A DNA stretch of 64,000 nucleotides from Octopus sinensis (taxonomy: Eukaryota): assembly GCF_006345805.1 (NCBI RefSeq), contig NC_042998.1, positions 310,001 to 374,000 of the forward strand, read 5' to 3'. Position 1 is the stretch's first letter; each line of letters starts with the position of its first letter. Both the position numbers and the translations under genes were made by a program. Below the pieces are notes generated by a model that was not told the DNA's origin, did not search any database, and saw only the letters and a program-made list of their open reading frames with translations. Of the stretch, positions 40,405-52,689 are shown one piece after another.

Positions 40405-40665
40405 GTGGAGGCACGTGGCTTAGTTGTTAGGGTGTCAGCATCATGATTGTAAGATTGTGGTTTCGATTCCTGGACCGGGCGACGCGTTATGTTCTTGAGC
40501 AAAACACTTCATTTCACATTGCTCCAGTTCAGTCAGCTGGCAAAAATGAGCAATGCTGCGATGGACTGGCGTTCCATCCAGCTAGGGAACACATATGCCA
40601 TGGAAACCAAGACAACCTGGCCCATGAGCCTGGCTAGGCTTTAAAAGGGCGCATTTATTTATTTT
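40405..40665 (+). mobile_element. SINE family A
   Basis: TSD AAAGTCCATTGA (40393-40404, 40666-40677). Confidence 0.88.
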
Positions 40666-41299
40666 AAAGTCCATTGAAGTCACTTCCCCTCTACCTCACA
40701 CTCTTCTTTTACATGAACTTACCCACCCACCCACTCATCCCATCCGTCACTTCACTTATATACACCTCTCTGTAATTTGAAGGTACACCCCGACACATAT
40801 TCACTATCTTCTTAACTACAGAGTTAAATACTTGTTAAATCCTGAGAAGTAATATCCCCACCTAAATGTGGATGTTCTGTTGGAACAAGCTATACTGCAG
40901 TAGTTACTATGAAAGAAACTCTCACAATAGCTTAGGGAGCAAAAAGCACACTTGTTTATATTGCTAGTGGGGAGATAAATCCATCACATATCATTTTGGA
41001 CTCCCTTGATCTTGTCAATGATGGACACTTGACTGTTAGAGATAGCAGTGATTCATATAATAAAATATTAGGAGTTGTATAAAAAAATTGTTAAAATATT
41101 TTGTGAATTGCAGAAATATAATCCATTTATTACACGCAAACTTTAACAATAAAATCCTATATGAACTCCCAAGGGTCATATAGGCCCCGGTTGAGAACCA
41201 TTGCTGTATATGATGATATATAAAACACGTTCTATTTTTTTTTTTTCCAAAAGGAAATTATCTTCGGTCTTATATGCAAGGGTGCTTTAAATATTACAT

Positions 41300-41800
41300 A
41301 TCCGAACGTAAAAAGCACCAACCACGTTTGCATGGTGCTTTTTACGAGCCAGCGGCACAGGTATCATGACTACAATTTCCATTTGATTTTTATTTTGATG
41401 ATGATGTTGACATACTTGAGTCAAGTATGTCAACATCAATATCAAAATCAAAATCAAAATCAAATGGAAATTGTAGTCGTGATACCTGTGCTGCTGGCAC
41501 GTAAAAAGCACCATCCGAACGTGGCTGATGCCAGCGCTGCCTGACTGGTGTCCGTGTCAGTGACACATAAAAAGCACCAACCGATCATGGCCATTTGCCA
41601 GCCTCCTCTGGCCCCTGTGCCGGTGGCACATAAAAAGCACCCACTACACTCAAGGAACGGTTGGCGTTAGGAAGGGCATCCAGCTGTAGAAACACTGCCA
41701 GATCAGACTGGAGCCTGGCGCAGCCTCCTGGCTTCCCAGACCCTGGTTGAACCGTCCAACCCATGCTAGCATGGAAAACAGACATTAAACGATGATGATG
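41300..41800 (+). mobile_element. SINE family E with palindromic 5' inversion
   Basis: Palindrome centred at 41420 (gttgacatacttga-g-tcaagtatgtcaac); (GAT)n tail near 41790. Confidence 0.8.
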
Positions 41801-42200
41801 ACATTAATGCATTACAAAAGACTTTTTAAATATGTGCTATTGAAATTGTGGCGCTTCAATATGCCTGTATGTTTTTTATGCCAACAAATACAGTTGATGT
41901 AGGACAAAGCATATTAGCCAAAAGACAGAGGTAATAGGTTGGACAAAAAGATATGGAATGGTACCTTTTCTACTTGTTACAAAAGTTAACTTAAATTAAT
42001 AAAAGCAGTAATATTATGGGCAGATGAAATAATGAATAGAAAATGAGTATTTATAAGACAATATCATCATCACCACCATCATCATCATCGTTTAACGTCC
42101 GTTTTTCCATGCTAGCATAGGTTAGACCCTGGTCGAACTGTCCAACCCATGCTAGCATGGAAAACAGATGTTAAACGATGATGAGGATGAATGTCATAAG

Positions 42201-42433
42201 TGTTGTGTCTGGGGAGAGTCATATTGTCTTAGTACCTTATTATTTAACACACTCACTGGTTCAATTTCCACTCATTTATTATTTATATATTTTTCTTCCA
42301 AAATTTTTGCTGCTTTTGCAACCTTGTCAAAAATTTTAAAAGGAAAAAAAAGAAACAAATGAGTGGAAATTGAACCAGTGAGTGTGTTAGATAATAAGGT
42401 ACTAAGACAATATGACTCTTCCCAGACACAACA
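42201..42433. mobile_element. MITE with about 75-bp terminal inverted repeats
   Basis: TGTTGTGTCTGGG..TTTCCACTCATTT / AAATGAGTGGAAA..CCCAGACACAACA. Confidence 0.8.
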
Positions 42434-42754
42434 AGATTTGCTTCAACATACAAGTTCACATAAAGAATCTTGTAAACTAGATACAAAAACGAAGTATGAT
42501 AAATGTTTGTATTGTGTAAATTTCATAGTACCATCATAACCTCCTTTTAAAATTTAATTAATTTATTTTTTACCAATGCTGCTCTATTGTAATAAGAACT
42601 AATGATACCATCATCATTTTTATGTCTATGTATAAACAACAAGTATTAGTTTATACATAGCACAGTCACTGATTGGTTAACATGCTTGATTAGAGACTCT
42701 AAGTCAACTAATTTATTCACAAGAACTACCTCGCACAACACCTTAAGCTTCAAG

Positions 42755-42962
42755 GCTGCTGCTGTTGCTGCTATATATAAGACGGGACTGGGGTCATCTC
42801 AGATTAACGGTCCCAGAGAGGTCATCATGCATAGAGCTAAACAGGTTCACCAGTGCTCTCCATTGCTGGCAGTCTTGTGCCAGCCCCTCTGCATCCTTCC
42901 AGGTGACATTGTGTCTCTGGAGATCTCCCCCAATCTGGTCCAGCCATCTGGTGTGGGGTCTT
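42755..42962 (-). mobile_element. RTE-type LINE 3' fragment
   Basis: Minus strand reads RPHTRWLDQIGGDLQRHNVTWKDAEGLAQDCQQWRALV; (CAG)n tail. Confidence 0.75.
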
Positions 42963-43554
42963 AACAGGATGAACTAATGGGAGCTGGAGGACATGTCTGT
43001 ACCAGCGCATGCGATGGATAGCTATGAGGTAGGAGGTTATGGGCTAATGCATGCACACAGTTTTTGTTGGAAATGTGATAGTATCATATAATGTTCTCAA
43101 CGCTCTAGGCATACCAAATTATTTTATGCAGCAAATCTTAATGATTTTAAATGATTAATGTAATGCACTATATCGTGCATTCATGAAAAGTTTTCTGAAT
43201 CTGTAAAATAGGATAAACCCATAATGTTGTGCAAACAAGTATTTACAAGAAACAAATTTTAAAATGTAGAATTTTTCCACATGTATGTTTGTGAAATTTC
43301 AATCTTTATGAGAACCAATTTGCTGTGGTTATTTTTACTTATAGATAATGATTACCAAACACGTATCATTGTTATTGTTATTATTACTGTTATTTCTTTT
43401 TACCCTGTGTGAAAATCATCTGCATATGAGAGAAGCACTGCCTTATCTTCTTGTCATTTTTACTTTTCTTACCTTTATCTAATTAGGAGCTACAGTAAAC
43501 CAAGTTATTTGGTAACTAGCTTATAAGCTGACAAAGCCAAAGAAGGGCAGATTG

Positions 43555-43856
43555 GTTTGTTCCTTCTCGAGCCACACCAAGCTCATGAGGACCAGTTTCC
43601 CGGTTTCCTTGGCGTATAGGTTCCCCACCTGAACGGGACGCCGGTATGTCGCAGGTGAGCTGCTAGATGCCAGAGGAAAGAGTGAGAGAAAGTTGTGGCG
43701 AAAGAGTCAGCAGAAGTTCGCCATTACCTTCTGCCGGAGCCACATGGAGCTTAGGTGTTTCACTCATAAACACACACATTGCCCAGTCTGAGATTCGAAC
43801 CCACGATCTCTCGACCACAAGTCCATTGCTCTAACCATTAGGCCATGTGCCACCAC
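43555..43856 (-). mobile_element. SINE family B
   Basis: TSD AAGGGCAGATTG (43543-43554, 43857-43868). Confidence 0.88.
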
Positions 43857-44745
43857 AAGGGCAGATTGACAAAGTATTAGACTATAAACTAAAAAATCTG
43901 TGGTCCATATCCTGCACTAATGTCCCATGTTGCTTTGTCATAGATCACAATAACTGAGCCACAAATGGATCCAGTCCATTTAGTGCTAAAGGAATAACCG
44001 CTGTAAATAGTAACAGATACTGTAAAACTTGTGTTCCATTAGATTAGTGCTCTAAGCTCAACATCTTTTGTGACAATATCTGAGAGACAATAAATACCAC
44101 CAAACTTGTTGACTGATCCTAGTTACACTCTTTAAAGGTGCTCTCAATAAATGAGACCATCTAACTGTTTATGATTACTTTGGAATGTACAAGTGTTTGC
44201 TATCAGAAGACTATAGTGGTTTACAGTTGACTGTTTTGCTAGCTTTCAGTGCTGAGTTAAAGTTCTTAGAACCTTTGACAGGCTGGCATTCTTTCTCAAG
44301 ATAAAGAATATATTCATTAACCCTTTAATACCAAGGAAACAAAACATAAACACCAATGCATCACACATTCTAATACAATATAGAACATACCGATAAAGTA
44401 CCAAACAAATGCCTTGTAGTATTTAGTTACGTCACTTTATCTTCTAAGTTCAAATCCTGCTTAAGTTTACTTCTGTCCTTTTTGAAGCCCAGAATTCATA
44501 GTCAACATACTTTCTAATGATTTGAACTCTTGTACCTACATTAGAAATCAATATTTCTTAACATCTTAGAAGTGTGCCACATAGAAAAGGTATGAGGTGA
44601 AATATCCTACTCAAATTAAATTCAGTCAACAAATTCTGCATCAGTACTCCAGACAGGAAGAGGTGAGTTGAATAATGTAAAAGATTATTTTCTTATGGAT
44701 CATAAGTCAAATGTTTTGCAGGTACTTTGTTATTGCTATTTACTT

Positions 44746-44977
44746 ATTTCTTTATTGCCCACAAGGGGCTAAACATACAGGGGACAAACAAGGACTGACA
44801 AAGGGACTAAGTCGATTACATCGACTCCAGTGCATAACTGGTACTTGATTTATTGACCCCCGAAAGGATGAAAGGCAAAGTTGACCTCGGCGGAATTTAA
44901 ACTCAGAACGTAACAGCAGACGAGATACCGCTAAGCATTTCGCCCGGCGTGCTAACGTTTCTGCCAGCTCGTCACCT
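44746..44977 (-). mobile_element. SINE family D, young copy
   Basis: CpG-rich; TSD TTATTGCTATTTACTT (44730-44745, 44978-44993). Confidence 0.88.
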
Positions 44978-45308
44978 TTATTGCTATTTACTTCCCACTC
45001 TTTGTCAACCCTAATCAAGCAGACCTATGATAAAAGCCATTTCCGTTGTGATAATATGATCTTATTTGAAGTAGAGAAAAGATATGTCAGAAATTTTTAA
45101 GCTGTTCATATATTATTGTGAAATAGCCATTTGAATAATGACACACATTGCAAGATAGTCAAAACAAAAACGGCAGAAATATACACAACAGTGATCCTTC
45201 TCCTTTTAACATCCACTTTTCTAAGTATGCATGGGTTAGATGAAATTTGTTGAGGGAGATTTTCTATGGCAAGATGCTCTTCCTGTTATCAACTCTCATC
45301 TATTTTAA

Positions 45309-45528
45309 CCCTTTTGTTACCAACCTGGCTGAAACTAGCACTGGCTCTGAGTACAAATATTTTGTTTTCATAAGTTTTGAATTAAAATCTTCTACCAAAC
45401 CTTAGTCACAACTTATGTTCCTAACACTAGCTTAATGATAACTAAGTTATTTTACTAAATTCTTTGTTATATTTAAAGTAATTGAAAGAAACACAGAGTA
45501 TCTCAAAATAAATACAGTAACAAAAGGG
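45309..45528. mobile_element. piggyBac-type MITE
   Basis: TTAA|CCCTTTTGTTAC...GTAACAAAAGGG|TTAA. Confidence 0.85.
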
Positions 45529-45931
45529 TTAAGCATAGTAATATTTCCCCTTAGACCTCTGAACACAAACCGATCAATGGCATTGTTTTTGTATGAGCAG
45601 TGACTTTACTTACAATCAACATGAGATATTAGGACAAAGAAATACAAACACATACATTCACACACACACACACACACAAATTCATGTATACACATACATA
45701 TATATACATACATATACATATATTCATGACAGGCTTCTTTCACTTTTCATCCACCAGATTTCCTAACAAGGTTTTGATTGGTCCAGGTCTTTGGTAGAAG
45801 ACACTTACTCAAGTGGAGCTGTATCCTAAACCATATGATTGTGAAGTGAATTTCTCACTATAACGTCATACATACTTGTACCTGATATAATGATAATAAT
45901 AATAATAATAATAATGACAATAATAATAATA

Positions 45932-45962
<31 letters not shown>

Positions 45963-45967
45963 TAATG

Positions 45968-46019
<52 letters not shown>

Positions 46020-48858
46020 GCTGGACACTCACTCAAACCCATCCAAACAGAAGTACCACCACCCAAACAAACCCTGTGGATAAATAACATCCAAAACAAA
46101 ATACAAAAAATGAGAAAAGATCTGTCGATTCTTAATGAAATCAGTAGACAATCAACACTACTGAGCAACAAAAAGAAAACAAAAATACTCCGCAAATACA
46201 ACATCACAGAAAAAGATTTACCGGAGATAAAAGAAAAACTAAAGCAAGATATTCTTGCCAAAGCACAAAGGATCCGCCGGTACAAGAATCGCCAACATTT
46301 CTTTGAACAAAACAAACAGTTCAACTCTAACCCCAAAAAGTTCTACCAAGAACTGGGCAAAAATAAAATAGAAATCACTGCAGCACCAACGGCAGAAGAA
46401 GTGGAAGAATTCTGGAGAGAAATATGGTCGGCGAACGAACAACCAAAAAAAAAGAGTATTAAAACAACAAACTCAGCATCTGAGCAACTTTGGACCCCCA
46501 TAACAACTGAAGAGGTCACTCAGGCACTGCAAAGACTAAGCAACTGGAAGGCACCTGGGCATGACAAGATCCCCAACTTCTGGTTGAAATATCTAACAGG
46601 AATGCACAAAAAGCTGGCTGAAAACTTTAACAACATGCTAGCAGAACCAAAGACAATGCCAGAATGGCTCACGAAGGGGAAAACCATCTTAATTCCCAAT
46701 CAAATGAGACAGCAAAACCAGAAAGCTACAGACCTATAACCTGTCTCCCTACAATGTACAAAGCATTTACTGCAGTGATATCGCAAAGATTGAACAAGCA
46801 CCTGGACGAAAACAAACTGTTCCCAGAAGAGCAGAAAGTATGCTGCAAAGGCTCATACGGCTGTAAAGATCAACTAATGATCAATAAAGCCATAACTGAA
46901 GACAGCCACAGAAAGAAGAAAGGCCTCAGTATGGCCTGGATCGATTACAAAAAGGCGTTTGATAGCATCACCCACACATGGATTCTCGAAACACTGGCCA
47001 TGAACAAAGTTGCACCAACAATTATAAAGTACATAGGACACTCTATGAATAAATGGCAAACAGTGCTACAGCTCCAAACAAAAGAGGGACTCATGAAAAC
47101 CAAAGCCATCCCCATTAGAAGAGGAATATTCCAGGGAGATATGCTCTCTCCACTCCTTTTCTGCTTGGCACTGTCACCTCTATCGGATATGCTAAACAGA
47201 ACTGGATGCGGATATAAATGTTATGGCAAAACGATCAGCCACCTTTTATATATGGATGACCTAAAACTATATGTTGCAAATGACAAACAGCTGGAAACAC
47301 TATTAAAGACAGTTCATGGATTTACCAAAGAAATAGATATGAAATTTGGATTAGAAAAATGCACCAAAGTAACCCTGAAAAGAGGAAAACTAATTAAGAG
47401 TAGCAACACCACACTAGATAAAACCAATGAAATAAAAGAATAGACCAAACCAAACTTACAAATACTTAGGAATCCATGAACTAGATAAGACACAACACAC
47501 ACAAATGAAAGAGAAAATAAAAAAAGAATATTATAGATGAGTTAGGTCAATACTGAAAACAGAGCTCAATGCTAAAAACAAGATAATAGGTATCAGCACT
47601 TTAGCCGTCCCAGTTATAAGTTACAGCTACAATATCCTTAACTGGACACTAAATGAACTGACCAAAATAGATAGGAAAACAAGAAAAATAATGACAGGAT
47701 CTAGGATGCATCACCCAAAATCTGACATAGAAAGGCTATATATACAACGTATAGATGGTGGCAGAGGCCTTATACAACTGGAAAACTACTATAAAATAAC
47801 CACCATAGGACTGCAAAAATATCTATTTCAGAAGGAAGGAAAACTGATACAAATAGCAGCAAAACACGAGCAAAACAAAAAACTGTTCTCAGTATTTAAA
47901 ATCATACCACCTAACAGATATGAAGAAACAACAAAAGCTATAAAACAAAAGAAATCCAAACTAAAACTAGAACAGCAAAGAACCATGATAAAACGATGGC
48001 AAGAAAAGCCCCTTCATGGTAAATACTGGACTAAACTAAATGCAAAAGAAATAGACAAAGAAAAGTCCCAACAATGGTTGAGAAGCTCAGGACTCAAAGC
48101 AGAGACAGAGGGATTTTTAATTGCAGCACAAGACCAAAGCCTCCCCACCAGAAATTACCAAAAACATGTAATGAAAAGAAATATAACAAGTAACTGCAGA
48201 ATATGTGGAGATGGACAAGAAACAATAAATCATATTATCTCTAGCTGCCCAGTCCTGGCTAAGAAGGAATATATTCACAGACATGACAGAGTTGGGACCT
48301 ACATACATTGGAAGCTATGCCAACATTATGGAATAACAACAGAAAAAAGATGGTATAGGCACACACCAGAAAAGGTCACAGAAAACGAGAAAGCAACCAT
48401 ACTCTGGGATATGCCGATACACACAGATAGAGAAATTAAGGCCAACAGACCAGATATAGTTATCAGAGATCATGAAGAAAAAAAAAGTTTTCTAATTGAT
48501 GTATCAGTACCGGCAGATGACAACGTGTCTCTAAAAGAAATGGAGAAACTCTCAAAATACAAAGACCTGGAAATAGAGGTAACTAGAATGTGGAATCTGA
48601 AAACAGAAACAATTCCTATCATAGTAGGTGCATTAGGCATGATAAAAAAATATTCAGACAAATACAAAACAAAAACACCAGGACTTACAAACACATATAA
48701 CATACAGAAAATTGCACTACTAGGCACTGCACACATCCTACGCAGAACACTTTCCATACAATAACCATCAGAGCATCACAACAAATCACAGCACATACCC
48801 AAGGCACACAGAGCTGTGCTCGATAGTGAAGTGAAAGCATGCTATAAAAATAAAACTA

Positions 48859-48862
<4 letters not shown>
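46020..48862 (+). mobile_element. R4/Dong-clade non-LTR retrotransposon, 5'-truncated, RT plus restriction-like endonuclease, pseudogenised
   Basis: RT motifs WKAPGHD, YRPITCL, WIDYKKAFDS, GIFQGDMLSPLLF, YMDD; CCHC CRIC..ETINHIISSC; RLE RPD..IDVS..KLSKYKDL. Frameshift near 46697 and stops at 47441 and about 47538. (TAA)n on both sides (45887-46019, 48862-48920). Confidence 0.93.
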
Positions 48863-48919
<57 letters not shown>

Positions 48920-49269
48920 TTAACAATGATTGTTAACCAAAATTTGAATAAAAAATAGATCAATCAATAACTGAATGGAATATATGATACAGATGGCCTT
49001 CCATACAATTACTAATCAAGGCTACACAGCTTTGAAGCTTGACAATAATAAAAAAGCAAAAAATAAATAAATAAATAAAAAGACCTGCAATGAAATATTG
49101 GGAGCATTTATCTGAGAGAAAACCTCAGAACAAAAAGCAACAACAATAACAATAATGTGTTATTTACAAATGTTATGAGGTAAAGAGAATGCCTTGATAT
49201 GAGCCGTTGAGTTAGTTGAAGAAAAAGTAATGGATGATATATATGAGAAAAGGGAATACGTCCTTGCTT

Positions 49270-49494
49270 CTTTACTCTCTTTTTACTTACTTGTTTCAGT
49301 CATTTGACTGTGGCGATGCTGGAGCACCGCCTTTAGTCAAGCAAATCGACTCCAGGACTTATTCTTTGTAAGCCTAGTACTTATTCTATAGGTCTCTTTT
49401 GCCAAACCGCTAAGTTACAGGGATGTAAACACACCAGCATCGGTTGTCAAGCAATGTTGGGGGGACAAACAGAGACACACAAACATATGCACAC

Positions 49495-49542
<48 letters not shown>

Positions 49543-49604
49543 CCAGTACTCAAATGTTCACTATAAAATTATTTTAGCATTTTCTATTTTTGACTTGTTT
49601 TTTC

Positions 49605-49635
<31 letters not shown>

Positions 49636-49800
49636 CGATGGGCTTCTTTCAGGTTCCATCTACCAAATCCACTCACAAGGCTTTGGTCAGCTCGAGGCTA
49701 TAGCAGAAGACACTTGCCCAAGGTGCCATGCAGTGGAACTGAACCTGGAACCATGTGGTTCGTAAGCAAGCTACTTACCACACAGCCACTCCTACGCCTA
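49270..49800 (-). mobile_element. SINE family C
   Basis: Family match with an insert in its TA tract. Confidence 0.85.
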
Positions 49801-50757
49801 ATATGTGCTTAGATTTTTTTTTAAATTAATGATAGTCTGCCCATACTTGTATCACAGTACATACATCTCAGGAGCTCTAGATTCATAGCCAGAAGTCTTG
49901 TACAGTCATTATCTTGGCAACAATATGGACAAGTGGTGAGCACAGAGGTGACTCGCATCATGAAGTTAAATATGGTCTGTATGGATATCAAAGTCCTAAT
50001 GTGCCCCTTCCCCAACTAAGACAACAAGTAAAACCCATAGCAGTATCCCCAATTCTGCTTATGCAATGGATACTATCCAAGTGTGTGTTGCTGCCCCACA
50101 CCTTTTATGCATATATTTGTTTTGTGTAAAAGTGTTTTAACCTGTCATTTTCTATAATATATTTGCCCTATTCCCATTACACACACACAACACACAAGAC
50201 ATAGCTGATCACCTGATCACCAGTATTTATACTTTTATATAACACACATGTTTCAGAAAGTCAGCCACCATTAATTATGCAAGCCTAAAAGCTCTCTTAT
50301 GTGACACAAGGCACTTTGTCAGTATTATTGGCAAAAAATACAACATAAGGAAAAATATAGGCCCTTATTTACCCCAGTATGCAAAGAAATATATTTATGA
50401 TAGGAGAAAAGGATAGAGTGAAAAGGAAATGAAAGGCAAGAGAGAATGAGAAAGGAGTGTGATGGGATGGAGAAAGAATGGCTGTTCAAGCCATGCCATA
50501 TTTAGCATGCTCTGGTTGATCCATATGCATTTACATACCCTTGCATGAGTACATGTGCACAAATATGGTACAAAGAAGTGTGGAACTTACCTACTGTGTC
50601 CAAACCTTCTGGTAATGTATTGTGCTTTCCAACACTCCTTTTAGATTATTAGTGTGTGTATGTGTGTGTGTGTGTATGCTTCCAATCAATTTGTAACCTC
50701 ATTTTGTACATGTTTTGTATTTTATGTATGGGCCCTTCTGACCCATAAAGAAAAAGA

Positions 50758-51025
50758 TTATTATTATTCTAAAAATAAAATATGGTCCATTGTCTTCTGC
50801 TGAACCGAGGTCATCCCTTGACCCTAGGGTCACAGCAGGTCCTCATCTCATGGAGAGTACATGACGTAAAATGTGTGCAGAACCAAGCAACACTATTTTC
50901 TAAAGTTCTCCTGCAAGGGAGTTTGTTGAGCTGCTTATCAAGGCCCTTTAAAATTAGCCCTAACGCTCCAATCACCACTGGTTCTGTGCTGCTTTTCATT
51001 CCCCCGTCTTGGTCACTTCTATTTC
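50758..51025 (-). mobile_element. R4/Dong-like LINE 3' fragment
   Basis: EPVVIGALGLILKGLDKQL followed by a frameshifted GSAHILRHVLS; ends at (TAA)n. Confidence 0.7.
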
Positions 51026-51362
51026 TAGGTCAACTTTGCCTTTCATCCTTTCAGGGTTGATAAATTAAGTACCAGTTACACACGGGGGTCGATGTAATCG
51101 ACTAGTTCCCTCCCCCACAATTTATTATTATTATTATTATTGTTACTATTATTAAGCTAGTGATTAGGGTGTTGCACTCACGATTGTGAGATTGCAATTT
51201 CAATCCCTAGACTGGGTAGTATGTTGTGTTCTGGAGCAAAACAGTTCATCTCACATTACTCTACGCTCACTTTGACACCTGACACAAAGTACACTGAGCA
51301 CCTGTTCAGGTAACATCGATTTGATGGAGGGAGTGAGCTAATGTACAGCATATACATTTACG

Positions 51363-51748
51363 CTTTTACTTGTTTCAGTCATTTGACTGTGGCCATGCTG
51401 GAGCACCGCCTTTAGTCAAGAAAATCAACCCCAGGACTTATTCTTTGTAAGCCTAGTACTTATTCTATCGGTCTCTTTTGCCGAACCGGTAAGTTACGGT
51501 GAGGTAAACACACCAGCATCGGTTGTCAAGTGATGTTGGGGGGACAAACACAGACACACAAACATATATACACACACACATATATAGATACGGCGGGCTT
51601 CTTTCAGTTTCTGTCTACCAAATCCACTCACAAGGCTTTGGTCGACCAGAGGCTGTAGTAGAAGACACTTGCCCAAGGCGTCACGCAGTGGGACTGAACC
51701 CGGAACCATGTGGTTGGGAAACAAGCTACTTACCACACAGCCACTCAT
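51363..51748 (-). mobile_element. SINE family C
   Basis: Family consensus match. Confidence 0.88.
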
Positions 51749-52009
51749 TTGTGTAGGTCATTCAGCAAAAAGCTGAACACTCATACATTGTCTTTGATGG
51801 GAGAGTTCATCATCATCATCATCGCCATGTAAAATGCTTAGTAGTATTCCATCTGTTGCTATGTTCTGGGTTCAAATTCTGCCAAGGTCGACTTTGCCTT
51901 TCATCCTTTCGGGGTTGATAAATTAAGAACCTGTTATGCACTGGGGTCGATGTAATCGACTAACCCTTTCCCCCACAATTTCAGGCCTTGTGTCTACATT
52001 AGAAAGGAT

Positions 52010-52408
52010 TATTATCATTATAATTATTTTACTTTAACTCTCAGAGCTCTTGATCTTACTAGTTTTGGTCAATTTTGTGAGAGTGGACAGCAACCTGTTG
52101 TCAAAGGTCTCACAGGATCTCTTTCCATGAATTATAAGCTTTGGTACCTAAACATTAAGTATTATGGAAGATACTCAACAGCCAAGTACCAACTTTAAAA
52201 TCTTGCTTTTGGGGCATGCTCTACCATCATGTCAATTCCAATTTTTCTGACAAATTTCTCAAAGTTAGTTGTCAGTTCTCCAAGTTCTCCTACAACTACT
52301 AGGGTGGCGGTTACTCTTCACATTGCCCACTTTCTTGCAACTTCATCTTTTAGTAATTTGTATTTTTCCACCTTTTCTAGTATTTTATTATTATCATCAT
52401 TATTATTA
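52010..52408 (-). mobile_element. R4/Dong-like LINE 3' fragment, third subfamily
   Basis: Minus strand reads EKVEKYKLLKDEVARKW..LVVVGELGELTTNFEKFVRKIGI; TAA-like tracts on both sides. Confidence 0.65.
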
Positions 52409-52689
52409 TGGCTGCCATACTGTGAAGTTATGGAAATTTGGTGCTCCATAAGTTGAATAAGCATTTGTAATCTTTTTGGCCTTCTAAGGGCCCTGGCTTT
52501 TCATTTCTATAGTTATCATTACATTTCTGAGATTGTCTGGACTGCACAGATAGTATTTTTGTGTAGAATAACCCCTGTTTTGCAAGTGGTGTGCTTCAAT
52601 AATTTTTGAATTTTAACTACTTTCGGCAAAACACACATTTTGCAATTTTCTGTATTTATTTAAAGAATAGCTGATAAAGAAGCAATCAT

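Noticed and set aside
46110-48764. Long ORFs as a host gene or an active retrotransposon
   Set aside because: Parts of one 5'-truncated R4/Dong ORF broken by a frameshift and stop codons.
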